DNA of 63,594 nt, the filler included, from Octopus bimaculoides (lineage: Eukaryota): assembly GCF_001194135.2 (NCBI RefSeq). It is 4 parts of 4 records of this genome, joined end to end, with 100 filler letters (N's around TTAATTAATTAA, not from the genome) between each part and the next. Parts side by side here need not be neighbours in the genome. Positions count along the whole stretch, not along the records: positions 23,327 to 37,732 come from NC_068981.1; positions 37,833 to 57,340 come from NC_068995.1; 2 more parts are not named here. The stretch is one strand, 5' to 3'. Of the stretch, positions 27,030-41,267 are shown piece after piece. Made by a program: the position numbers and the translations under genes. The first letter of the stretch is position 1. The number at the start of each line of letters is the position of its first letter. A model generated the notes under the pieces. The model saw only the letters and a list, made by a program, of their open reading frames with translations. It ran no database searches and had not been told where the DNA came from.

Positions 27030-27199
27030 ATATCGAGTATAACCAGCCGAAATTGCAAAGATAATCTGGATCTCGACCGAAGAGAGAAAACTCCGAATGA
27101 CATGTCCGTGCTTTCTTTGTATCATTTATCTGTATGTTTTGTCCCTTTCTTGTATCACCTAACTATTTGGATGTTTTGCGTTCTTGTCCCATTCTGTAT

Positions 27200-27200
<1 letters not shown>
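27030..27200 (+). repeat. Dispersed repeat homologous to 5266-5420, probably extending left to about 26700
   Basis: Near-identical 60-nt core with 5266-5330. Confidence 0.85.
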
Positions 27201-27233
<33 letters not shown>

Positions 27234-27520
27234 GCGGCGTACGTACACTTTGTCTCTTATATATATANNNNNNNNNNNNNNNNNNNNNNNNNNNNNNNNN
27301 NNNNNNNNNNNNNNNNNNNNNNNNNNNNNNNNNNNNNNNNNNNNNNNNNNNNNNNNNNNNNNNNNNNNNNNNNNNNNNNNNNNNNNNNNNNNNNNNNNNN
27401 NNNNNNNNNNNNNNNNNNNNNNNNNNNNNNNNNNNNNNNNNNNNNNNNNNNNNNNNNNNNNNNNNNNNNNNNNNNNNNNNNNNNNNNNNNNNNNNNNNNN
27501 NGAGAGAGAGAGAGAGAGGG

Positions 27521-27551
<31 letters not shown>

Positions 27552-28068
27552 GAGTTTTACACATGTGCATACATGCATAAATTCATAAACATATATACAT
27601 ATATATATGCATTTGTGTATCTATGCGTTTGCGTATATACACATACTTATAGATATGCATGTATATATATAAGTGCGTATGTATATATATGCGTATACGT
27701 ATTCATGCTTGTATCTAAGTACGTTTCTGCTTTTTCACTTTATCTTCGCTTCAGTTTTACCTTTAACCTTCCTGTCTGCTTTATCTTAGTAAATTTTATT
27801 CCTAAAAAATTCTTTTTCTTTTGTTTTTCTTTTTTTAATTTATCAATTCCAAACTTCATTTCTTTGTTTTCATTCATCTCTTTCTGTCCTATATCATCTT
27901 AAAGATTTCTTCAGATGCACATTTTTATGAATTCCGCAACTGCTACATAACACGCTTGCCCCATCTATGCTTTAATCATTACCTCCACAACATCCACTAC
28001 CACCACCACCACCACCGCATCTCTAATGCAGACACAAACACGACTTCACTGTCATTTCGTCCGTCACT

Positions 28069-28566
28069 GTCATAATCATCATCATCATCATCATAAAATA
28101 ATCATTATCGTTATCATCATCTTCGTCGCCATCCCCTTCATGTCAACGTTTACGTCGTCATTTTCGTCACCATCATCATCATCATCATCATTATCATCAT
28201 CATCCTTATCCACATCATCATCATCATCATCGTCATCATCATCATCATCATCATCATCACCATCGTCATCATTATCATCGTCATCGTCATCATCATCATC
28301 ATCATCGTCATCATCATCATCACCATCGTCATCGTTATCATCGTCATCGTCATCATCATCCTTATCATGACCATCCATCAACATCATCATCATCATCATC
28401 ATCATCATCAGCTGCAGGAGCAGGAGCACCATCAACACCACCACTGCAATCACCACAGCAACTATAACAACCACAACAACCACCACCACCACCATCACCA
28501 CCACCTCCACAATAACAACAACCACAACAGCAATTACCATCATCATCATCATCATCATCATCATGC
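28069..28566. repeat. (CAT)n/(CAC)n/(AAC)n imperfect trinucleotide complex
   Basis: Seen directly. It produces the poly-S, poly-D, poly-H and poly-M ORFs. Confidence 0.95.
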
Positions 28567-29004
28567 TATGCGTAGAACGATTATTCAATATTCATCCTCT
28601 TCATCTCTTCGCGGTAGTTTCTCCGTTTTAGGCCTTCTCTTTAAATTCATTCTTGTTTCCCCACCATCACAACCACAACAACAAGAACAACAAGAACATC
28701 AACAATGCCAACACCTTTACCGCTATTTATATCTAGTGACCTTTTTTTACGCTCTCGACATTTTTTTTTTCATTTTTTTCTTTTTACTTTCTCTGCAGCG
28801 TACTTTTATCATACCATAACATTTCACTGAAATCTATTTAGCCCTGCACTTTCGAATGTCATACTGGTTAAACCATCTTCCTAACTCCGCTTGCTACCAC
28901 AGTTGGATTTTCTGCTCTTTGACACTAATAACTATTTTTCATTATTTAGCCTTTATCTTCAAACTTCCTCAAACAAAGAAACAAACAAAAACCAAAGAAA
29001 ATAC

Positions 29005-29094
<90 letters not shown>

Positions 29095-29349
29095 ATGTAT
29101 GTATGTATATAACAGGCAAGCAAACGAACGAACAAATAAGAAAATATTAAACAATATCTGGACCATCTCCAGAACTCCAGAATTTGACACACACAATCAA
29201 AAGATTTGTTTTGTTTTAGATTATTCGGCGGTCTCATTCATTTTTGAAACAAATGTGTTATTCACAAAGATAACCCAAAGAAGCGAAATGTGTGTCCAAA
29301 CGTACATATATATGTGTGTGTGTGTGTGTATTTATATATATATGTATAC

Positions 29350-29394
<45 letters not shown>

Positions 29395-29537
29395 AATGCA
29401 TATGCGTTTATATGTATGTATGTATGTAAGCATTCCAATTTTATTTGAACTTCGATACGTCTGTTGCAGTCACTATAAATATATAAATATTCCGCACAGT
29501 CTTTTGAAACTTACTGAAAGTTTGTTAAGTATGTATA

Positions 29538-29579
<42 letters not shown>

Positions 29580-29589
29580 NNNNNNNNNN

Positions 29590-29625
<36 letters not shown>

Positions 29626-29920
29626 TTGTGTGAGTGTGTATGCGTGCATATGTACGTGCTTGGGTGTGTGCACGGCCATACATACATTCATATAGTAGAA
29701 CTGTGTTATAATGGACGCTTTAAATATTAGTATACGCTTCACACATCCACACATTCCGAAACAGACGTATATACGTACATACATGCAAGCGTTCACATAT
29801 ATAACTCACGCGCGCACACACATACACACACACACATACACACACATACACACACACACACATACACACACACATATGTATATGTATATGTATATACTTG
29901 GATACTTATACAGTACTTAC

Positions 29921-29965
29921 CCAGGCATGAAAATTATGGATGATCGGAAGAGAGAAAAGTAAACC
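29921..29965 (-). CDS. Candidate 45-nt exon
   Basis: Long pyrimidine tract plus CTCAAG acceptor, donor TGG|GTAAGT. Two frames are open (VYFSLFRSSIIFMP or GLLFSLPIIHNFHAW). Confidence 0.35.
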
Positions 29966-30127
29966 CTTGAGATAATGAAAAAAGGGAAAACGAAAGAAAG
30001 CTGTTAGCAATCCTTTCCACTCGTTATTTTAATCTGTTAAGCTTTATTTTCATTACCTTAGTTTTATATAAACATAAAGCTGCTTTGAGCACCTTTTATT
30101 TCTCTAAGTTAAACTTGGGACATAATT

Positions 30128-31070
30128 TTCTACGTAGTTCATTTGTTGGCAAAAATACAAATCACATAAAATATGGTCATTACAACGACTTTAATTAAAC
30201 CTCTCAGATATATTTAAATCTAACTCTGACACTAATTTCTACAGACCGTTGCAGTCTTTAGTTCAACCTCCCTGCTGCTCTTTCTTCTGTCAATTTGGCA
30301 AGTAAACAAGCTGAGAATACACGAACGTATCAATGGATACAACATCCATTACCTCACTAGGGTATCCCAAAAGTTTGTGCTAGATTGCTAAGCGTCTTCA
30401 GTGAATTGCAATGGAATGAAACTGAGGTTGAATTCACTCGGCCCGTTACTGTTGCACTCATTGTTGACTCTACACCAATGAGATTGAAACAAAATGGTGA
30501 AATATTCTGTTGCTGTAATTCAGTATCTAAAGTTCAATCCACTTTTTAAGGTAAAATACAAAAGTATTTTCCGTGATCTTACACCAGATTTTAATGCTTT
30601 GTGGTTTTCTTTATATGTTTAGCTGGCCGACTGCTTCTAACAAGGTTTCGTAAGCAGAGCAGGTGATTTGCACACAGTAACAAGAAAGTGTAATGTTTTC
30701 TGAACGTCTCTTCTCATCCAGAGTGATAAAAGGTGATAGATCTATTAAATTAAATGACAAAGGTTAATCGATATATTAACTTGAGTGACAAATGCTGATC
30801 GATCTATTAACTCGAGTGACAAAAGGATGACCGAGCTATTAACTTGAGTGATAGAATTTGATATATGCAGTTCATTGTTGGCAAAAGTACAAGTCACATA
30901 AAATATGGTGATTACAACTGATTTAAACCTCTCTGATATATTTAAATCCTACTCCAACACTCATTTGCACCACCATTTTCGCCTCTAATTCAACGTTTTT
31001 ACTATTCTTCCTTTTCTCAAATTGGCATACAAAAATGTCTAGTGGCAAAAGTTGATCGATCCGTTACTGG
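30128..31070. repeat. Diverged direct duplication (about 30128-30305 and 30866-31030) plus a 31-bp tandem array at 30721-30852
   Basis: Shared GTTCATT(T)GTTGGCAAAA(A/G)TACAA(A/G)TCACATAAAATATGGT. Array unit about GAGTGACAAAAGCTGATCGATCTATTAACTT. Confidence 0.85.
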
Positions 31071-31332
31071 CATGTTTCAATTTACACAAAGTCTCTAAGT
31101 TTTTAGATCTTCAAAGTATAAGTGGAATCAATTCGAAAACTTTCTGCTGATATCTCATGTTGTTACGTCTTTTTTTTTACTAGACCTAAAGTTATTACAT
31201 TTAATAAAGTAAGAATTTAGAGTATTAATTATTATTAATTATAATACACATCAATATATTGTTTATATATTTGAAAAGGTAGAGTTGTTAAACATCAAAT
31301 ATACCCTCACAAAAAAATAACAAAACATTTAC

Positions 31333-31417
31333 CTGATTTGCAAAAATGAAAAGTAGTTCTTGAAGTGCACCACAGCTGTTTTCCTCCTGAAAGGGCTCAT
31401 TTCCACCGGGTTGTGAT
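31333..31417 (-). CDS. Candidate 85-nt exon
   Basis: Acceptor CTCAGTTTTCAG, donor CAG|GTAAAT, GC-richer than its flanks. Two frames are open (HNPVEMSPFRRKTAVVHFKNYFSFLQI or SQPGGNEPFQEENSCGALQELLFIFANQ). Confidence 0.45.
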
Positions 31418-33061
31418 CTGAAAACTGAGTGGAGAAATTGCCATGTTTAATAAGACAGTGATAATTTAAAACCGTTAAGCTTGTCTAAACCACACGGAAC
31501 TGTCTTTTGTCTTCTCATTAATAGGGTGGTAAAGGATTAATATTCGTTTTCTTCTTTTTGAGTTGGTAATTGTCAGTTTGAGAATAATTATAATCCAGTA
31601 CCTGTACACAGCTCTGCCTCTCTCTTTCTCTCTTTCTCTCTCACTTTTTCTATCTATCTGTCTGTTCTATTTATCTATCTAGCTAGCTTTCTTTTTGATC
31701 TCCTCTCGCTTTATCTCCTCTACTGCTACTACAATCGCTATTGCTTCAATGAACCAGCATGCTGTAAACCCAACCTCATCCAACATAACTCCCTCTTGTC
31801 TTCAAGTCAAGTAGCGCGAACCTCTACTTCATTGCTTGATTTGTGTTAAAAATGACATTGAAATCTCCCTCAAATTATATCCTAATGATGTGAAAAGAGA
31901 AACATTGGATAATGTAATCTTTCAATGACGGATGGTCATATTGTTAACGCTTTGATCATAAATCTGTCCATCATTACTAAAACTGGAACAAAAATCCAAA
32001 ACAACAACAATTTCCTCTTCACTCTGTTTTAGTGTATCACTCATTCCATTCCCTCAAAATAGTTTCCTGGACATTTCTCACTTAGAACTAGACAGACACA
32101 ACGCTCTTGACAATTTCCATAACTTTTTCCTACAAGAATCAATCAACAGAAATTAATGTTGAACAACAATCACGTTGACCTTTCAAGTCGCGGTGGGGGT
32201 GGCTTGCTAAGTAAAAACCCTCTCTACTTCACCTAAATGACAATCATTTTGAAAGGAGTTGCACGCTATTTAATCGATTAGGTTAACTAAACACAAATTT
32301 AATGTTATTGAAACCAGTATATTACTGGTGTTTCGTTTATCGAACCCTGGAATGGATTTCAATTCGAATCTTAACGGACATGGCAAAGTGGAAAAAGGTT
32401 TTAGTTTGATATCTGTTTGTAATATTGGCTTCTAATTAGCCAAAAAGCTACTTCTTTCAGTTGAGAGGGTCCTACATAGTTGATATATACTTTTTTCAAC
32501 AACATAGAAAAAGTGAAAGTCAAAGTCAACTTCAGCGGAATAATACTAAGAAGGAGAATTAACTATTATACTAATCTTTATTGAATGACACAACACATCG
32601 TATTTATACATCGAAAGAATAGAAACTGGATTTTGTGAAGTTCATGCTCTTATGAAGCACATTAGTGACATAAATGAAGTATCATATTTCAAGGATATTA
32701 ATGATATATATGAAATGACATTAATGAAATATAAGCTCCAAACCAGAAGCAAAATCAGCTTAAGAACGGGCTCAGAGAAAAGTCTTTAGTTTTGACAATC
32801 TATGTGAGAAGAAATAGGCATAGGTTTTAGTGCGGCGCTGAGAGCAAACATACAGAATGAATGATAACAGCTATGGTTACTTGTATAAAAACTACTCGTT
32901 TTCAAGTATCTGAATAGTGAGAAACATCGTTACCATTTTGAAACAAACTAGCCTCTAATCGAAGCAGTATTCAACAAACATATCTGCTTTACCTATTTGT
33001 TTTGTTTTTTTTTGTGTTTTTTTTTTTAGTGCCCAGACATAACCAACCTCTGTTTTCTCTT

Positions 33062-33256
33062 CTATGACTCATTCGAACAACCAGGATATGAGGGCTGCAT
33101 CAGTGTTCGATTGGTTCTCATTTCAATTGAGTATGTTAGAGCAACGTGAAACAGAGTACCTATCTTGAGGACACAACGCGCCCCTAAGCCCAGAAATATA
33201 ACCCACCACATTATAATTTGTGAGATCAACATCCTAAACACTAAGCCACGTGCTTT
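33062..33256 (-). mobile_element. Old SINE related to family D
   Basis: The reverse complement has GCACGTGGCTTAGTGTTTAGGATGTTGATCTCACAA...GTTGTGTCCTCAAGA...TTCACGTTGCTC. Confidence 0.6.
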
Positions 33257-33660
33257 CATATGTATTTGAAATATGTTAGTGTAACTACTTGTTGATAACT
33301 TAGCTTTTTTCAATCACTGACATCTTTAAAACAAATAAATCTGCATCCCACATTATGCATTTAGAAAACTACAGAGGAAAAGAAAGTTTTCTTCGTTAAT
33401 CAAAGTGATATTTTTTTTTATCTTATGATTGAACATTCATCATAATAGTTTTGTTCTTGAATTTATCCAGAAAATTAGCGATTTATCGGTCGAATTGTCA
33501 GTTGAACTGGATACTGAAACTAAATAAAGAGTTCTAATTGCCAGAACTTATACTAGCATTAAAACAACTGGCTTGCCATAATCTAAGTACATAATAGCTA
33601 TGCAGCATTTGACAGCTTTTATCATTAGTTACTATTTTTCAAGTTCCTACGAGTACTCAC

Positions 33661-33681
33661 AAAAGATGCTGGTTTTTCTCC
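33661..33681 (-). CDS. Candidate 21-nt micro-exon
   Basis: Acceptor TTTGTCATGTTACAG, donor TTT|GTGAGT, length divisible by three, no stops. Confidence 0.3.
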
Positions 33682-34080
33682 CTGTAACATGACAAACACA
33701 CTTATGCTGACATTTAGAGAAGACGGGATATAAGGGCCGACTTAAAGTTAGATAATCCCCGAGAAAGATTTCCCGAATAAAGGATTAAAGATTTCTTTGA
33801 CAAAGTATACTGACAATTGTTGCAAAGAACGAAAGGAAGATTATAACAGATATATATATATATACGTGCGCGCGCACACAGAGGGTCTAATACATACATA
33901 CATACATACATACATGCATACATACATACATACATACATGCATACATACATACATACATACATAAATAGTTATATATACATTTGTAGTGCACTTGAGCCC
34001 TGTATACAACAATTTCATTATTATCATGTATATATATTTATACACATATACATAAATGTATATACATATATACATATGTG

Positions 34081-34111
<31 letters not shown>

Positions 34112-34506
34112 ATACATAAATACGTACATATATATACACATACATGTGCGTGTGTGTGTTTGTGTTTACATAGAAAGAGAGAGGGAGAAGCGATAGAAAG
34201 TGGGAGAACACAGAGATTTATTGCCAAGTTGACTTTCATGGAATTTGAGTATTGAATACAGAGAGAGATGAAGTCGAACATTGAATAGCATTTATAGTGA
34301 GACTAAGGAAAATATTCCTAATTTTAGGACGAAGATAAATGGGATATTGTAACATACATGGTTTTTCCCATGAGCGTTTGCATAGTAAGTGAACTCTGTT
34401 TTCATCAATAGAAAATCTAAACTAGGCTGCGGCCTTTACTCACCAGGAACTTTCCTCCTACTCTTCTGTACTTGCCCTGAATTCTGTTACTGCCGACTAC
34501 ACTCAC

Positions 34507-34599
34507 CAGTGACTTCAATGATTAATAAGAGTTCACTTAAGACTACATAAATCACATTAATTACTCTTTCATAGACAACTTCTCTAACTAAACACTTAT
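34507..34599 (-). CDS. Candidate 93-nt exon, DKCLVREVVYERVINVIYVVLSELLLIIEVT
   Basis: Donor CTG|GTGAGT, weak acceptor ATCTTAAG, open phase 1-1 frame. Confidence 0.2.
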
Positions 34600-34818
34600 C
34601 TTAAGATGCACCCTGTTACGATAGTCTTTTAAAGTAATTTCTCCATTAGAATGAACACAGCAGGATACTTGGAAATGAAGGGTTGAGTAAAGAAATTCTT
34701 CACAGAATTAATGACGCTCTATTGCTAGTTCACTTCTGCAGCCAATATGAAAAGAAAAAATTCTTAATGACTTCTATTCTGTCACATTGAGAAAATTATT
34801 AAACTGTAATCATTTCAT

Positions 34819-34862
<44 letters not shown>

Positions 34863-37424
34863 TATTTATTTAATTATCTAAATATCCATAAAATGATTTT
34901 TTTTAATGTACATAAAATACCACATGTAATGAAATGTTAGTGTCTCCTAAATCTCAAAGGCATTTTATAGCTTAGTGCTTAGTAACGGTTTTATTGCTGG
35001 AAAAAGGTGGGAAAGTAAATCTTCATTCTACATAATATACTGATGTATCTAAAGTAATTCCCAATAGTTCGTGTAACTATTTTCAATGCCAAAACGTATT
35101 GAAGAAGACTGCATAAATGATATACTACTTCGCCGAGAGGTTACCGTTCAAAATTTACAAAGTTGCCAACTCTTTAAGAGATAAATCACAACCAAGTATT
35201 TCAGCAGCAATCTTTCACGTAGTAACAGTACAGGAAACAAGGTTATTCTTAAACCATATTAACTATTTGGGGATTACGAAATTTAAACTGACATCGTAGA
35301 CAAATCTGATTGCAAATATTTACTTTGCTATTCATACTAGAATAAAGATAATTCCGCCGTTGTTAGCAAATCTTAAACACGTCGAGAATAATAACTTCGC
35401 ACACACGCATATAGATACACACACACACATGCACACGTGCGTACACTTACGTGTAGTTATATACAGAATATAAGCATACATACACACGAATCAGAGACAA
35501 TATGAGGAATGTATGAGGAATAAACTAACACGTTGAGAAAGTTAAGCGAGCAGCGATGACTAAGTTATCCGAAGCTGTTGTTTTAAGGAGAGTGGTTCTA
35601 TAAAATAATTCGTATAACTCAACTCTCTGACAGTGATAAAATATATTCTGTACTTTGCTACTTCGTATCTCACTGACCTGTGCCATAGTCAAAAGGTTCC
35701 TTATACATTGTTGCTAGTTACATTACTAGCCGTAGTTGAGAGGTCAAAAGGCTCCCTGATATTACTGCTTCAATATATAAATGAACCAGCTCAATAATCA
35801 AGATAGAGGATTTACATTAATAATCCCTAGCTGCTTTGATTATCTTGCGATCGATAATATAAACACTGTTGATATAACACAATATAATACAGTAGTACTT
35901 AATAATATGTGACAAAGCAGTGTGTAAGCAAAATCGTTAGATCGCTTCATTAAAAACCTGACAATATTTAGTTCAGGCACTTCACGTTCTATGTTCGAAT
36001 ACCGCCAAGGTTAACTTTACCTGTTTTCATTCTGGCATCAATAAAATGAATGTATCAGTCAAATGCTGTTCCACCTGATGGACTGCTTTTGGTATTCTCT
36101 GGGCATCTTCAAGCAAAAGCTGAGAATCTCAAAACAATCATCTTAGTACTGCTTGCATTTTAAGAATGAACGACGATACATTACACAAGAGCTACGATAT
36201 TCCTGTCGAGACTATTAATATTGGAACAACTCAGCACGCAAATACAATAATTAAAGATATGTGGCAAATTCATCATGTTGGCAGACGCAAGTTAACAAAA
36301 GATGTAAGTGGTACTATTTTACCGATTCTTCAAATTATGAAGGATAAAGTCAAAACGGGTGGGATTTTGGCAAAGAAATAAAAGAATGCAACTAAATACC
36401 TAAATGTATTTTTATTTGGCGTGTTACTGTATTTCCTACTCTTCCACCCTTACAATACCAGATACCATAGCATAACACATAACATGATATCATCTAATAT
36501 AATCATAGAAATGTGATGATTTATGCGATATTATGTTGATTTTTTATTCTTTTAAGAATAAAAGAATATCATAATATAGCATAAAAATTATTATATTGCG
36601 TTATCTTATATCATATTATATAATATTGTTATATATGTTATATCTAATTCGGAAACCATTTCCCTTCATTCCCTGCTAACGTTTTGAAAAAAAAGTAGGA
36701 ATATAAGAATATGCGACTGTTATTCTTCAATATATGTAGCCAAGCAAAATTATATTGACAGGGTAAACTTTGCCTTTCATTCGTCTTCGAACCGATAAAA
36801 TATGTTATCCACTACAGTCATTTATGTGACTTTATATGCCTTTACTACAAATTGTGTGAATTGAGTAGGTGTTGGAAATCATCGTATAAAGTATAATATG
36901 GTTTAGCAGTTCTTAAAACCACCGCAAACCACCTATTTTCTTTCCGGCTCATCGACAAAGTAAAGACATTAAGTTGGCTAGTCAGATATGTGGTTTGAAG
37001 ACCAATTGCACACCACATACAATAAAGTAGAGTATTGTAGAGAAATCCATGAAATGTGGTAATCTACTTCAGTTAAATTATTCTACAGCTGAATTAATTA
37101 TGGTTTCACGGTCAAAGGGGACAGAATTCTAATTTTTGTTCTTTTTTCTTTCTTTCTTTTCTTTTTTTCCGTTTCCATTTACCCTTCCACATTTTGCATT
37201 TACCTTCTTCTGATGTTTTTCTTGTGATTTCTTTTCTACCAGCGTTCTGATTTCAAATTAACTACGCCATATGCTCAAAATCTGCAGATAGCTTGGCGAC
37301 ACAAGACGTGTTATCAAAATCTGCCTGGACTCCCCTCTCCAAAGCGAGAAACTATACTGTGTACATTCAATCACACACACCCACGCACACATACTCACAC
37401 ACACATATACATACATACATACAT

Positions 37425-37732
37425 TCCAATCAGCGGAACAAACTGCTCGTGAAATTAACGTGCAAGTGGCTGAGCACTCCACAGACACGTATACCCGGGA
37501 ATATTCAGGGAATATTCTCGGGAATATTCAGCGTGACACAGTGTGCCAAGGCTGGCCCTTTGAAATAAAGATACAACAGGAACAGGAAGAAAGAGTGAGA
37601 GAAAGCTGTGGCGGAAGAGTACAGCAGGGTTCGCCACCATTCCCTGCCGGAGCCTCGTGGAACTTTTAGGTGTTTTCGCTCAATAAACTCACAACGCCGG
37701 TCTGGGAATCGAAACCGCGATCCTATGACCGC
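37425..37732 (-). mobile_element. tRNA-derived SINE, family E (5' end cut by the spacer)
   Basis: The minus strand has GATCGCGGTTTCGATTCCCAGACCGG (B-box region) and the body GTGGAGTGCTCAGCCACTTGCACGTTAATTTCACGAGC. An internal GGAATATTC is repeated three times. Confidence 0.75.
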
Positions 37733-37832
37733 NNNNNNNNNNNNNNNNNNNNNNNNNNNNNNNNNNNNNNNNNNNNTTAATTAATTAANNNNNNNNNNNN
37801 NNNNNNNNNNNNNNNNNNNNNNNNNNNNNNNN
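37733..37832. other. Artificial scaffold spacer (44 N + TTAATTAATTAA + 44 N)
   Basis: Same 100-bp structure as 23227-23326. Confidence 0.95.
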
Positions 37833-38139
37833 AACCATTTTATCGAAGCTTGCAAATGACATTCCGACATGATAGCAGAGAGATAATATGATGGCGGCGA
37901 AAGAAAGAAACAACAACAAAAACAATAACAACAGGTACAACGAAGTGGTGGTTTTAAATTTCACGGCCATTGCTGCTAGCGTCTTAAGCAATCATATAAC
38001 CGATTCCAGTGAAGCAAACAATAGCTGCCATTGTTATCTCGATCGAAATTAGTAGCTTTTGAAGTGCTACGGAGTATGACAGAAGAGTAGGGGGCGATAG
38101 CTTCAAATGGGGGGGGGTGACAGGGGCCACCCGATTGCC

Positions 38140-39150
38140 TACTACACGACGACGACCACCATCACTACCAATACCACCACTACCACAAATGCTGCTCCCT
38201 TCCCGCCGCCGCCGCCGGGGATCAACACAGGGCAATATCACAAAGATCATCATTGCTAAAATGCTATCAATATGCCACTACCACCATCACTACTACTACT
38301 ACTACTACTATGGCCACCATCACGATGATGACTACTACTACCACCACCAGGAACTGCAGAACGACAACCAACACCGCCATCACCGTAATCAAGGTCCCAC
38401 ATCGCCAACATCGCCATCACCACCAACAGAACCATCATTACCACTACCGATACCGCCACCAACACTACAACCACCATAATGGTGACCACCACAGCTACGA
38501 CCACAACCATACTGCAATTCAACANNNNNNNNNNNNNNNNNNNNNNNNNNNNNNNNNNNNNNNNNNNNNNNNNNNNNNNNNNNNNNNNNNNNNNNNNNNN
38601 NNNNNNNNNNNNNNNNNNNNNNNNNNNNNNNNNNNNNNNNNNNNNNNNNNNNNNNNNNNNNNNNNNNNNNNNNNNNNNNNNNNNNNNNNNNNNNNNNNNN
38701 NNNNNNNNNNNNNNNNNNNNNNNNNNNNNNNNNNNNNNNNNNNNNNNNNNNNNNNNNNNNNNNNNNNNNNNNNNNNNNNNNNNNNNNNNNNACCCAACCA
38801 CTCCACGACTACCACAACGGTTATGCCATCACCACCACCATCGCCACATCGTCATCATCATCATCCTCATCATGGTCTCTTACAGCCGTCACCTCCACCA
38901 TCACCATCCTCACAACTCCCACCATCACCACCACGGCCCTCACGCCCCCCCCCCACAAAAAATACCACCACCACTACCACTACCACCATCACTACAACAC
39001 TCTCTACCTTCATATTCCCCGAACTCCTCCATCACCACCATTACCCCTGCTCCACCACCACAGCCATCACCACCACCACCTCCACCACTACCTCCACCAC
39101 TACCTCCACCACCACCACTACCACCCCCACCACCGCCGCCGCCGCCACCA
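38140..39150. repeat. CAC/CAT/ACT low-complexity complex spanning a gap
   Basis: Seen directly. Confidence 0.93.
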
Positions 39151-39885
39151 TTAGTCCTGCATCTAACAAAAGAGGATATTTTTTCTTCTTCCTAATATAA
39201 TCAGATCTGTTTATATTTATAAAATACTTTGATATTAGATATGTGGGGGTATACAGACACCCCTACATACATGCATGCATACATATATACACTCATATAT
39301 ACACTCACATATACACCTATACATACATACACACATACATAAGCAGGCTTAAACACATATACATATAGACATATATACTTAAATACACGTGTGAACGCAC
39401 CCACCCACATAAACGTACGCGCACTTACCTAAAATAATAACTTACATACACACATAAACACACAGACAGACTCGCATGCACACACACACTCATATGCGCA
39501 CACACACACAGATATATATATATATATACACATATATACTCGCTCTTATATACATTAACAACACAGAAATACATTCACACACACATACAGACATTAACAT
39601 AGATCTATATAAACCCACGACTAAAAAGAAGGACGCACACATACATATACACACACACACATATATACATACACACACACATACATACACATATCGACAT
39701 ATATACGTACATAAACATATTTATCCACATACATTAACAAACACACATACATACATATATATACACACACAAACACACATGCTATACATATATACACGCA
39801 CACATGTATCATATTTGAACACGCATAAACTCAGACACCCATAAACATAGGTACCCACATATACAGACATATAAACAAAGCGACC

Positions 39886-39942
<57 letters not shown>

Positions 39943-39964
39943 AATGATACGGTAAAAAAAACTG

Positions 39965-40170
39965 AGATTTTCGTTTTTGTGTTTGGTTCGGAAGATTCTT
40001 GATACGAAAGGGTCTGTTGAAACACATTTGCTTGTATTTTGTGTTGGTCATTATACCAATAATAAACACACGCACTGATTCTATCTCACTTCTTTCATAT
40101 TATTAGTCAACTAGTTAAATTTTTAACTAATTAACTGATCGACTGTCTGATCAATCGTTGGATCAATCAG
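39965..40170 (+). repeat. Dispersed repeat homologous to 1040-1240 (-)
   Basis: See the 1040-1240 entry. Confidence 0.75.
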
Positions 40171-40732
40171 TCGTTAGTTAGGTTTGTCAAAGTCATTTCT
40201 TCGCCATCCGCGACCTCTCCATTGATATACTCTTGCTACGCGAATGGCGGCGAAAGATGTATTGTACCTTTAACGCAATTCTTACGTAAAAATCAATGTG
40301 GCACAGAGTGGGACAAAACTTCTCTCTTGAAGTTTAGGGACACTTGGTTCACGGGAACAAAACTGAACCCATTGTTTTATCCACGTAATGCACGCTTGCG
40401 GGCATACAAGCACGCTTGCGGGCATACATGCACACACACACACACACATATATATATGAACGCGTATGAATGAATGTATGGGTTCCATAGACGGAAACTG
40501 TATAGAAGCCTGTCGAATTGTTTGAACTTGTAAATCAAGAAGCCACCCTCCTTGTTATACCTTATATCGTACCCCACTAATTTGTCATCTCACATTATTG
40601 ATACTAAGCTATTTAACTGGTCTCCTGTCCATCTGTTCAACTGTCCATCTGTTGTCCTCTTGTCAACTTTTCTACTTGTCGACCTGTCCACTTATCCACC
40701 TGTCCCCCTGTACACCTGTACACATATTTGAC

Positions 40733-40765
<33 letters not shown>

Positions 40766-41183
40766 CGATATCTGACAACCTCCATCACAGCAGTAGAGCA
40801 ACACACAATGTGTTTACAAAGCAAACCTAGGGCGGAGATCTTAAAGACTGTCTCTCGTAGAAACATTAATCAGAAATTGGTCCAGTGATTTTGACATGGC
40901 ACCATCTGGCTTTCGGCTCACGTTGCCACCACCCAGTTCCACCTATACACACACATGCCCAGACATACACATCTCCGTACATATATACCTATACAGACAT
41001 ACATACACACACTGAGGTTTCGTCTCATCTGCCAAACATTACACAACGCAATCCAACAAAAAGCTTCCCCACAGACGCCATGTTCAACTCTCTTCTATTT
41101 ATTATATTCTATACCCACGGGAATAAGCCATTTGAATTCTTTATACGATTGTCTACGTAAACCTATATATATGAATATATGTA

Positions 41184-41244
<61 letters not shown>

Positions 41245-41267
41245 GTCTATCTGTCTATCTATCTATA

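Noticed and set aside
36166-36381. 71-aa plus-strand ORF in unique sequence
   Set aside because: There is no domain similarity or splice support, and this length is expected by chance.
37484-37522. Three GGAATATTC copies as a heat-shock element
   Set aside because: The spacing breaks the alternating nGAAn register and the repeats lie inside a SINE.
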